A program made the translations under genes and the position numbers. The notes beneath the pieces were generated by a model, which saw nothing but the letters and a program-made list of their open reading frames with translations, was not told the origin of the DNA and searched no databases. A DNA stretch of 63,208 bases, counting the filler, from an uncultured Methanosarcinales archaeon (GTDB taxonomy: Archaea; Nanobdellota; Nanobdellia; Woesearchaeales; JACPBV01): assembly GCA_964492935.1 (NCBI GenBank). It is 3 parts of 3 records of this genome, joined end to end, with 100 filler letters (N's around TTAATTAATTAA, not from the genome) between each part and the next. Parts side by side here need not be neighbours in the genome. Positions count along the whole stretch, not along the records: positions 1 to 30,632 come from CAZBLF010000012.1; 2 more parts are not named here. One strand, written 5' to 3'. This document shows, one piece after another, positions 1 to 8,104 of the stretch. Positions within the stretch are counted from its first letter, which is position 1; each line of letters starts with the position of its first letter.

Positions 1-61
1 ACGGGGCAAGCCCGTATTATTCTTTGAAAGCGTTATTGTGAGCTATGCACATACGATTTAG

Positions 62-1975
62 CTACTTTAATTTACCTTTTAAGCGTTTCATGAGGCCTTT
101 TGGGAGTAAACCTTCATCAATGCCGTCTTTTATTACGGAGAGCTTTCTTTTTACTTTGGTGGCCGCTTCTTCGATTGCGGGTTCTGTTATTGCTTTTCTG
201 GGAGATTGTTGTCTTTTATGTTTTGGTAGTTTAGGCGATATTTTTCTTAACCAGGAAAATTTTTCTAGAATTGCGGTATCGTAATGGTGGCTATGGAAGA
301 AGATTCCTGCATATACGAGTGCGCTTAGTAGTAACAAGGTTAGAATGGTGGTCAGGATTGAACCTTTAGTGCCAGGGGAGAGTTGGACTAGGGGCACATT
401 CACATCAAAGAGCTCGGTTGCGCTTCCAAAGGAGTCTTTATGGGTAACGGTAACAATGAGTACATACTCTCCATTTAGATCCAGTGGAAGGTCGAACTTT
501 TTAGAGAAGGATAGATCCCCCCCTACTCCGATATGTTCATCTTGGCGTATGACTTGGTTTCCCTTAACATCTCGAATTTCGTAGGATAATTTGAGGGGTA
601 CCTCTCCATCTAGAGCTTCAAGGCTATGGACATTGATATGGACGAGAAGTGATTCCCCTGGTTTGAGCCTTTTAGAGGTAAAGGGGATGTCTAGGGTTAC
701 GTCGAATATTTTTCTGAGTGATTCAATCTCGATGACTACGGGAATCTCTTTTGTTACTGCCCCCGATGTAAAGAGGAGTGTGCCGCTTACTACTCCCGGT
801 AGGCTTTTTGAGGTATTTATGATGACTGAATAGGGTTTTTGTTCGAAAGAGGTGATTCTGAGGAATGTATAGGGGAGATTTATAACGGGAGATAGGCCTT
901 TAGCTTCTACTGAGATATTGATGGTTTCGGTGAGTGCGTTATTGAGAAGCAATATTTTCTCAACCTGAGTGCCTTGTTTTAGGCTTACGGAGACTCGATC
1001 AGGAGAGATGGTGAAACTTTCTTTTAATCCTTCTGCGACGTAGGCATCGGCACCCTCTCCGCGCTTAAAGACTATCCAGACATCTGCTCCAAGAATTTTT
1101 TCTACGGTGAGTACCATTTCTGCGAGGCCATCATCATTGAGATCGACGGTGTAGGGTTCTAGTAGATTTAACCTGATTGTCTGTGGTTCGTTTCTGATGA
1201 TTGCTGTTACAAAATTCTCATAGATACCAGTGATTCGGAAATCATGACCGACAACCCCATCAAAGGTTATTTTGATGACTTGTGACTTTTTAAGGCGCAT
1301 GCGCTTTTGTTGGGTTACGGGAGGGGAGAATTGTTCATCTTCTCCTTGATCGTCAGATCGACTGAAGTCTATGTTAAATCCTTCTTTTTTGGATGAGCCG
1401 CCGCCGCCTCCACCGCCGCCTCCACCGCCGCCAGAGCCACCACCACCTGCGGAGCCTCCACCGGATTTGCAGGAGCCACAGTCATTTGCGCAGGAGTCAC
1501 AGGTTTCGCTCGCGCTGCAGACGAGGTCTCCGCAAACGGGGCCGGCAACGGCGAGGGTGTAATTTGATGAATCTTCTGCATTGCTGCATCCCGATCCATC
1601 ATCAACGGTAACGGTAACGGAGATGTTTCCTTTATCGTTAAGATCAGGCGTAAATGCGATGACTCCATCGGTTGGACCAATAGTGAAGTTATCTACATTA
1701 TCGGTAAAACTGAGGTTTTGTACTGGAGTAGGACTGTTATCGAGATCGCTTGCATCTACGTCACAGGTATATGCCGTATCCACTACTGCAGTGGTATTGC
1801 AGGACTCTGCAATGACGGGTTGTTGATTGAAACAGATTTGCATGATGCCCTGAACACTGGTTGCTTGACCGCTATAGGCTATGTCTACGCGGTCAACGAA
1901 GAGATAGGAGCTTCCGAGACTGGTGAAGATTAGAAGAACTGCGAAAAGTGCTGCCGCATTGTTGGAGATTCTCAT
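62..1975 (-). CDS. Membrane-anchored multidomain surface protein (cadherin/Ig-like, Cys-rich motif, poly-Gly linker, C-terminal TM)
   Basis: N-terminal hydrophobic segment, DVDASDLD Ca-type motif, CGDLVCSASETCDSCANDCGSC, Gly run, beta-rich domains, TM helix then basic tail. Confidence 0.8.
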   Translation of the reverse strand: MRISNNAAALFAVLLIFTSLGSSYLFVDRVDIAYSGQATSVQGIMQICFNQQPVIAESCNTTAVVDTAYTCDVDASDLDNSPTPVQNLSFTDNVDNFTIGPTDGVIAFTPDLNDKGNISVTVTVDDGSGCSNAEDSSNYTLAVAGPVCGDLVCSASETCDSCANDCGSCKSGGGSAGGGGSGGGGGGGGGGGGSSKKEGFNIDFSRSDDQGEDEQFSPPVTQQKRMRLKKSQVIKITFDGVVGHDFRITGIYENFVTAIIRNEPQTIRLNLLEPYTVDLNDDGLAEMVLTVEKILGADVWIVFKRGEGADAYVAEGLKESFTISPDRVSVSLKQGTQVEKILLLNNALTETINISVEAKGLSPVINLPYTFLRITSFEQKPYSVIINTSKSLPGVVSGTLLFTSGAVTKEIPVVIEIESLRKIFDVTLDIPFTSKRLKPGESLLVHINVHSLEALDGEVPLKLSYEIRDVKGNQVIRQDEHIGVGGDLSFSKKFDLPLDLNGEYVLIVTVTHKDSFGSATELFDVNVPLVQLSPGTKGSILTTILTLLLLSALVYAGIFFHSHHYDTAILEKFSWLRKISPKLPKHKRQQSPRKAITEPAIEEAATKVKRKLSVIKDGIDEGLLPKGLMKRLKGKLK

Positions 1976-2124
1976 TTTTTAATTTGGTCTTTATACTTTA
2001 GTAGAAGATCTCGAAGGCCTTCCCTGGCGATTTCTGCTTGATTGCTAAAAAGACCTGAATCAATGAGTTTCTGCATTTCTTGTTTGAGTTGTTTTCCAAC
2101 TCGTATGTGAAGAAGATCGCTCAT
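1972..2124 (-). CDS. Ribbon-helix-helix (CopG/Arc/ParD-like) regulator, 50 aa, below ORF-track cutoff
   Basis: Hand translation MSDLLHIRVGKQLKQEMQKLIDSGLFSNQAEIAREGLRDLLLKYKDQIKK; stop overlaps next start (ATGA); TATA upstream. Confidence 0.8.
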   Translation of the reverse strand: MSDLLHIRVGKQLKQEMQKLIDSGLFSNQAEIAREGLRDLLLKYKDQIKK

Positions 2125-2131
2125 AGTCGTC

Positions 2132-2228
2132 ATATATCATTATGATATATAAATGTTTTGAAGTCTATCTTTCTGAGGTAAGAATTTTATTTTTTATTGG
2201 GTGTATCATAACTGTATCATTATGATAC
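2132..2228. promoter_or_regulatory. Two palindromic operators with core TATCATTATGATA, the first overlapping a TATA box
   Basis: ATATATCAT-T-ATGATATAT at 2132-2150 and GTATCAT-T-ATGATAC at 2214-2228; minus-strand TTTATATA near 2146-2153. Confidence 0.65.
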
Positions 2229-2641
2229 TATTTCTTTTTGAAGAGAAGCGTCATCTCTCCAGTGTGGTTACCTGTGGAGGTGTTGGAGGGAACGGTTAGC
2301 GTTACTGGTATCTCCATCATTGTTTGAGGATCTAGGAGATAATACTCTGCTAGGAGATTAACCCAAGGTGCAAGTTCTCCGGTAAAGGAATAGGTTACTT
2401 TTTGTGGATAGTTTTCATTATTCTCAATTTTGAGTGTACGCTTGCTAGTGGAGCCGGAACCTAGTCTTCCGAAGGTGAGTAATTCGGTACCCGTATCAAA
2501 TCCTACGGAACCAGGTGTATTATCAACGTTTACTCGCATCGGTATGGTAATTTTGGTAGGGGCGTTTTCTGTAATCATGATATGTGAGACTATTGTTGCA
2601 GCAAGCAGAAAAAATATCAGTACTAGTGCTAGCTTTCTCAT
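2228..2641 (-). CDS. Small exported beta-sandwich protein, possible minor filament subunit
   Basis: Signal/TM segment, LTFGRLGSG motif, ends in a beta strand; 4-nt overlap with upstream gene. Confidence 0.7.
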   Translation of the reverse strand: MRKLALVLIFFLLAATIVSHIMITENAPTKITIPMRVNVDNTPGSVGFDTGTELLTFGRLGSGSTSKRTLKIENNENYPQKVTYSFTGELAPWVNLLAEYYLLDPQTMMEIPVTLTVPSNTSTGNHTGEMTLLFKKK

Positions 2642-3798
2642 TTTTTTGATTTAGCAGCTTTTTCTTTCTTTCTGAAGTAGAAGAGTGCAAGTAGGAGATT
2701 GGTTCCGACTAGGAGAAGGATGACTACCACTAAGAGTGTCTGTGTGGAGATGGGTTTTGGAGAGGATTGAGGAGTTACAATGCGGAGGATGAGGTCTTCT
2801 TTCGCGGTCTTTTCTGCGTAATAAATTGTTAGTGATCCAGCATGTTTTCCTAGTTCAAGCGCATTGGTATCCAGGAATAACGCTATTTTTCCATTGACAC
2901 CAGGATCAAGAACTGCTTCTGAACTTCTTAGAAAGAGATCTCCAACGGATAATTCTGCATACACTCCCTCTATTGGCTCATTCCAAAGATTTTTCACGAT
3001 TACTTCCATTCGAGTAATGCCGTTTTGAGTGAATGTGTCATTGTACTCTTCTATGGTTACTAGTAACTCACCAATTCTGAAGGATGAACCACTTATTTCT
3101 TGTCGTTTTCCATCTACAGTAAGAGTTCCGGAGGCAAAATAATCTCCCACGGATTGATCGGTAAAATCCCAGATTACCTCTGTATCGCGCCTTTCTTTGG
3201 GTTGTATATTCGTAAACTTTTCTAGTGGGAGTGTGGCTAGTGTAGTTCCTTCTGAAGATTTTTCTTTTACGGTCACAGATCCGGTGATGGTTTTAATTAT
3301 TTCATCTCCCTGATGTTCAAGTGATAATGCGAATGGAGCTTGTGTTCCTACAAATACCTGGGGGATACGAAGGGAGGTTGACACGTACTTGCCATCATAG
3401 GGGGCAAGGATATAGAATGATTTATGTACTGCTGTTTTCGTTGAAATTCCGCCTTTGGTTGTAGGGGTGATATCTGTTGCTCCAATACTGATTCTATTCT
3501 TTCCAGGTGGAATGGATTCGGGCAGTTTTAGATTATAGTTAAAGAATGCTCGTCCACCTGCAGGGATTTTGAGGGTGTCTTCGGAAAAGGTAACGTACTC
3601 TGCGAGTTTACCATCTACGGTGAGTTCTACGATAATGGGAGTTCCTACATTATTGTTGATAAACGCCTGAAAGTTTTCGTTAAGATTCGGCTCAAAATTG
3701 ATTTCGGTGGTAAACATACCTATTCCAATTGCTTCAGAAAATCCAGCTGCTATTAGAAGTATGAAAAAATACGTCCATAATTTGAATATTTGACCCAT
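2638..3798 (-). CDS. Exported Ig-like multidomain protein with C-terminal TM anchor (chaperone/WxL-interacting-like architecture)
   Basis: Signal peptide, about three beta-sandwich-like domains, C-terminal TM and Lys-rich tail. Confidence 0.7.
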   Translation of the reverse strand: MGQIFKLWTYFFILLIAAGFSEAIGIGMFTTEINFEPNLNENFQAFINNNVGTPIIVELTVDGKLAEYVTFSEDTLKIPAGGRAFFNYNLKLPESIPPGKNRISIGATDITPTTKGGISTKTAVHKSFYILAPYDGKYVSTSLRIPQVFVGTQAPFALSLEHQGDEIIKTITGSVTVKEKSSEGTTLATLPLEKFTNIQPKERRDTEVIWDFTDQSVGDYFASGTLTVDGKRQEISGSSFRIGELLVTIEEYNDTFTQNGITRMEVIVKNLWNEPIEGVYAELSVGDLFLRSSEAVLDPGVNGKIALFLDTNALELGKHAGSLTIYYAEKTAKEDLILRIVTPQSSPKPISTQTLLVVVILLLVGTNLLLALFYFRKKEKAAKSKK

Positions 3799-3802
3799 GG
3801 TC

Positions 3803-4516
3803 TCATGATGCTATGCTCGTTGCGGTGAAGGTGAGTGTGGAGCTTTTTTCTCCTGTACCTGGAGTGACGTCGCTCGGAAGGAACAATCTAGCGTAGAATG
3901 CTACGGTATCGGTGGTATCGGGAAAGCTCAGATTTGAACATACAGGGTATTGGATGTTTACACTCGAGATATTTAACCATACTTCTTGCATGCCTGTGAT
4001 ATTAGACGCACTGTCATTAAACATGGCGCTTCCAGTGATATTTGCATATCTACATCCGGGTCTCGCGGAAACATTTTCTGAGGTATACATGAATTGTGGA
4101 TTGGTTCCGCCAATAAATGTGGATGCAATAGCACTCGCACTCACGGTAAGGTTGACATTATCATTACCATCATTTGTAACATTAAGGCTGTCTCTCCAGG
4201 CTGGTGCGGATCCGGCAAGTGTACAGACTCCAGGAGCACCCCATGATGTGGAAGAATCATTTGAATCGATGTAGGATCCTGACGTATTTGGTGAACAGGA
4301 ACCGAAATCAAGTAGGGCATCGGATATGGTTATAGAACTTACTGAGGCAATAGAGACATTGACTTTACCGGTGCCGCTTGTTGCGAACCCTACGATGTCG
4401 GCGGATGTGCCGGATATTTGATTAAGTGTATTGAGATTAGATAGTGTCCCTACCAGGGAAATGGCGATAGATGCTACCAGGAGCATGATTAATGTTTGAT
4501 TAGAGACTTGTTTCAT
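3803..4516 (-). CDS. Exported glycoprotein, putative filament subunit paralog 2
   Basis: Start MKQVSN more plausible than ORF-track start (TATA near 4569-4576); TM then GFATSGTGKVNVS; many NxS/T sequons; ends TLTFTA. Confidence 0.75.
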   Translation of the reverse strand: MKQVSNQTLIMLLVASIAISLVGTLSNLNTLNQISGTSADIVGFATSGTGKVNVSIASVSSITISDALLDFGSCSPNTSGSYIDSNDSSTSWGAPGVCTLAGSAPAWRDSLNVTNDGNDNVNLTVSASAIASTFIGGTNPQFMYTSENVSARPGCRYANITGSAMFNDSASNITGMQEVWLNISSVNIQYPVCSNLSFPDTTDTVAFYARLFLPSDVTPGTGEKSSTLTFTATSIAS

Positions 4517-4612
4517 GTTAACTCGTTCAGTAGCAATGCAAATGATAAGTAGATATCCACAATCATAGTATATAAACCTTTCTCCTTCCATTATTTGGGC
4601 GAAGAAGTTAGT

Positions 4613-5317
4613 TTACGTTAGACTTGCTGCGGTGAAGGTGAGTGTAGCGCTCTTCTCACCTGTACCTGGAGTGACGTCGCTCGGAAGGAATAATCTGACG
4701 TAGAAAGCAACTGAGTCTGCGGTATCAGGATAAGATAGATTGGAGCATACTGGATATCCTACACTTGCGCTAGAGATATTGAGCCATATTCTCTGAAGAC
4801 CGGTGATATTGGATTCAGTGTCATTAAACATGATGGCAGTGGTTTTATTTGCGAACCTACATCCTGGTCTCGCGGAAACGTTGGTGGTGCTATACATGAA
4901 CTGTGGATTGGTGCCTTCGATAAAGGAAGAGGCCGTACCATCACTGGTGAACGAGATATTTACATCGTCATTTCCATCATTGGTGATGTTGAGACTGTCG
5001 GTAGTGGTTGGTGCTGATCCGTCTACGGTACAGACTCCAGGAGCACCCCAAGATGTGGAAGAATCATTCGAGGCGATATATGACCCTGTGATGTTTGGTG
5101 AGCATTCTCCAAAATTCAGTAAAGCGTCGGATACGGTAATGGAAGTTACCGATGCCACGGAGACATTGACTTTACCGGTGCCGCTTGTTGCAAACCCGCT
5201 TATTGAGGCTCCGGAATATTCACCCAGTTTTTGGAGTTTAGAAATGGTTCCTAATACAGAAATGACGATGGATGCCACGAGAAGCAGAGTTATTATTCTA
5301 TTTGAGAGAGATTTCAT
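4613..5317 (-). CDS. Exported glycoprotein, putative filament subunit paralog 1
   Basis: Clearly homologous to 3803-4516 over its full length; GGTGA RBS upstream. Confidence 0.8.
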   Translation of the reverse strand: MKSLSNRIITLLLVASIVISVLGTISKLQKLGEYSGASISGFATSGTGKVNVSVASVTSITVSDALLNFGECSPNITGSYIASNDSSTSWGAPGVCTVDGSAPTTTDSLNITNDGNDDVNISFTSDGTASSFIEGTNPQFMYSTTNVSARPGCRFANKTTAIMFNDTESNITGLQRIWLNISSASVGYPVCSNLSYPDTADSVAFYVRLFLPSDVTPGTGEKSATLTFTAASLT

Positions 5318-5331
5318 AACGTTTTCACCCT

Positions 5332-5538
5332 TTAGGGGATGGTTACTTTTACTACTCCACCTACTACTGTTTGAGCGGGAGGTATATTAGACTGAAGTGG
5401 TTCTGAATTTGTAGATTGATCTGTGTTTGATGATTGCTGATTAGGTGTAGTTGTCTGGATGCTCATAAATGTTACGGCACCACTAATTACAACTGAGATT
5501 ATGGCAATAATCAGTAAAACGTGCATTTTCTTTTCCAC
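5332..5538 (-). CDS. Small membrane-anchored protein (TM, polar linker, terminal beta strand)
   Basis: GTG start after TTTATATA box; hydrophobic N-terminus; ends VVGGVVKVTIP. Confidence 0.6.
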   Translation of the reverse strand: MEKKMHVLLIIAIISVVISGAVTFMSIQTTTPNQQSSNTDQSTNSEPLQSNIPPAQTVVGGVVKVTIP

Positions 5539-5619
5539 AGTTGTTTTTCCTTATCGAACTATATAAAGTTTTCTGTACTCGCTAATCAGAACATTAATAT
5601 ATGGGGGATCTAATTATAG

Positions 5620-5646
5620 TATAAAATGCATTAAATGTATTTTATA
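5620..5646. promoter_or_regulatory. Imperfect palindrome, candidate operator in the divergent promoter region
   Basis: TATAAAATGCATT-A-AATGTATTTTATA, one mismatch, just upstream of the RHH gene. Confidence 0.45.
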
Positions 5647-5667
5647 TGATAAAATATATTATTTACC

Positions 5668-5820
5668 ATGGTAAAAAAACCCATTAGTGCAACGATTGAT
5701 AGTAGTCTTCTTGAGTGGATTGCCGACGAGTGTAGGGATACGACGAAATATCGTAATAAGTCCCATCTTATCGAGATCGCTTTGCTTGAGCTTCGAAAAA
5801 AGGAGAAGGAGAATGGCTGA
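5668..5820 (+). CDS. Ribbon-helix-helix regulator, 50 aa, below ORF-track cutoff
   Basis: Hand translation MVKKPISATIDSSLLEWIADECRDTTKYRNKSHLIEIALLELRKKEKENG; overlaps ATPase start. Confidence 0.8.
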   Translation: MVKKPISATIDSSLLEWIADECRDTTKYRNKSHLIEIALLELRKKEKENG

Positions 5821-8104
5821 ATCTTTTGCGGAGAAGGGAGCTTTCGAATATGAATTGATTCGAGAGGGTTCAGAGGGAATTATTAGGATTGAGTGTAAGC
5901 AGTACAATAGGGTGCCGTCTTTAGAAAATGATCCGGTTACTTTTCAGAAGACCTGCGATATTATTAATGAGGTGGGTGAGGGCACGCGCTTAGTTTTTAT
6001 TCAGAAGCGCGAGTATGAATATGATGTCGTTCAGACAGGTTACGTTAAGGAGATTGCTGATATCTATCTTCAATTGTATCGACAACGGGAATTGATTAAT
6101 TATACGGCATTTCTTGCTGATAAATCATGCACGCGTTATGCGGCTGCGTGGTATGCTAAGGTCAAGGATGTTGTTTCACGGCATTTAAGAAGTGATCCGA
6201 TCGGAGCTTATGTTACGGTCAAGCGCTTGTTTAGAGATGAACAGATTGCTTTTCAGAAGAGCTCGGATGGGGCTATGAAGAAGTGTATGGCCAAGTATTT
6301 TGAGGTTCTTACGATGCTCATTAAGATGTTTGAGAAGACCAAACTTATTGGTTTGGCACAGCCGCATTTGCCTGGATATAAGATAGGGGATAGGACTATT
6401 TACAGTCGCATTTTTACTCCCAATATCAAGCCTGATTTCTTGCATACTAAGCTTATGTCTAAATTTCCAGAGGAGGGAGATGAGTTGGATAGTTACAAGA
6501 GTGAGGGTACGGAGGTCACTATCTTTAGTTTGCCGGATACAATCCAATATTTGTATCACGTTGTTCCTCCCGAATTTAATCTGACTGAAGATAAGTATGA
6601 GATTTTGGATGATGCGCGTAAAATTATGACCGAGCACAAGCCGAAGAAATCTGAATTTATTGATCCTGAGCGGATGCGCACGGTGTTTTTCAATATTGGT
6701 CGCGATTTGATTGAGGAGCTGGTTGAATACAAGCATATCAAGCTGAAGCAGGCTGAAATTGATGAGTTGACGCACATCTTGGTGCGGTATACGGTTGGAT
6801 TTGGGTTGATTGAGGTGTTGCTGCAGGATGAGAAGATTCAGGACATTACCATTAATTCGCCGATGGGAGAGAGTCCGATGTTTATTGTGCATGCGGACTG
6901 GGGAGATTGTAAGACGAACATTTTTCCTAATCCTTCTGAAGCCGATTCGTGGGCTTCTAAATTACGTATGATTTCTGGTAGGCCGTTAGATGAGGCTAAT
7001 CCGATTCTTGATACTGAAATTACGGTGCCAGGTGCAACTGCAAGAGTGGGAGTTATTTCTAGTCCGTTGGATCCGACGGGATTGGCGTATGCTTTTCGGC
7101 GACATAGAGACAAGCCGTGGACGTTGCCGTTATTCGTTCACAATGGGATGCTTAATTCGCTTGCTGCTGGATTGATTAGTTTTATTGTTGATGGATCGAG
7201 AACCATGCTCATTGCGGGGACGCGATCTGCAGGTAAAACTTCGGTGTTGGGTGCGGTATTAACTGAGATTATGAGGAAGTATAGGATTATCACGATAGAG
7301 GATACGCTTGAATTACCGGGCAATGCATTGCGGAAGCTGGGATATAATATTCAGCAGATGAAGGTTGCTTCTGCTTTAACGAAGGGTAGTTCAGAGGTCT
7401 CAGCAGATGAAGGGATAAGAACTACGTTGCGTTTAGGAGATAGTTGCTTGATTGTGGGAGAGATTAGGAGTAAGGAAGCAAAAGCATTGTATGAGGCTAT
7501 GCGTGTTGGAGCACTGGCAAATGTTGTTGCGGGGACGATTCACGGCGACAGTCCGTATGGTATTTATGATCGTGTTGTGAATGATTTAGAGGTCCCTAAA
7601 ACGAGTTTCAAGGCTACGGATTGTATTGTTGTGGCCAATCCTATTAGATCGGCAGATGGGTTGTCGCGAGTGCGGCGAGTTACCCAGATTACTGAGGTAC
7701 GAAAGAAGTGGGAGAATGATCCTCTTTTGGAGAATGGATTTTCAGATTTGATGAAATATGATGCGGCTACCGACCAGCTTATTCCGGGAGATGATTTAAT
7801 CAATGGAGAGAGTGAGATCTTGAAATCGATTGCGGGAAATGTCAAGGAATGGGCTAGTGATTGGGATGCGGTGTGGGACAATATTCAGCTGCGTGCGAAG
7901 ATGAAGGAGACGATTGTAAACTATGCACGGAAAAGTAAGGATTTTTCGTTATTGGAGGCTGATCATACGATTCAGGCTAATGATGAGTATCACAGAATTT
8001 CTGAATCGGTGCGAGAAGAAGTTGGCTCGCTCGATCCGAAGAAAATCTTTTTTGAATGGAATGAATGGTTGAAGAGAACGATAAAGAGGAAGAAGTTGTA
8101 CTGA
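5813..8104 (+). CDS. Type II/IV secretion (VirB11/CpaF/FlaI family) ATPase
   Basis: Walker A GTRSAGKT, TIEDTLEL Asp box, IVGEIR Walker B, GTIHG His box; start MAESF. Confidence 0.92.
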   Translation: MAESFAEKGAFEYELIREGSEGIIRIECKQYNRVPSLENDPVTFQKTCDIINEVGEGTRLVFIQKREYEYDVVQTGYVKEIADIYLQLYRQRELINYTAFLADKSCTRYAAAWYAKVKDVVSRHLRSDPIGAYVTVKRLFRDEQIAFQKSSDGAMKKCMAKYFEVLTMLIKMFEKTKLIGLAQPHLPGYKIGDRTIYSRIFTPNIKPDFLHTKLMSKFPEEGDELDSYKSEGTEVTIFSLPDTIQYLYHVVPPEFNLTEDKYEILDDARKIMTEHKPKKSEFIDPERMRTVFFNIGRDLIEELVEYKHIKLKQAEIDELTHILVRYTVGFGLIEVLLQDEKIQDITINSPMGESPMFIVHADWGDCKTNIFPNPSEADSWASKLRMISGRPLDEANPILDTEITVPGATARVGVISSPLDPTGLAYAFRRHRDKPWTLPLFVHNGMLNSLAAGLISFIVDGSRTMLIAGTRSAGKTSVLGAVLTEIMRKYRIITIEDTLELPGNALRKLGYNIQQMKVASALTKGSSEVSADEGIRTTLRLGDSCLIVGEIRSKEAKALYEAMRVGALANVVAGTIHGDSPYGIYDRVVNDLEVPKTSFKATDCIVVANPIRSADGLSRVRRVTQITEVRKKWENDPLLENGFSDLMKYDAATDQLIPGDDLINGESEILKSIAGNVKEWASDWDAVWDNIQLRAKMKETIVNYARKSKDFSLLEADHTIQANDEYHRISESVREEVGSLDPKKIFFEWNEWLKRTIKRKKLY

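Noticed and set aside
1..15. ACGGG-GCAAG-CCCGT hairpin at the window edge, faintly like the inner hairpin of element copy 2
   Set aside because: Too short and truncated; the conserved element end does not follow it.
1369..1680. Poly-Pro and Arg/His-rich ORFs
   Set aside because: Shadow frames of the poly-Gly linker in the 637-aa gene.
5687..5812. N-terminal extension of the ATPase in the ORF track
   Set aside because: Region is better explained by the overlapping RHH gene; the ATPase likely starts at 5813.
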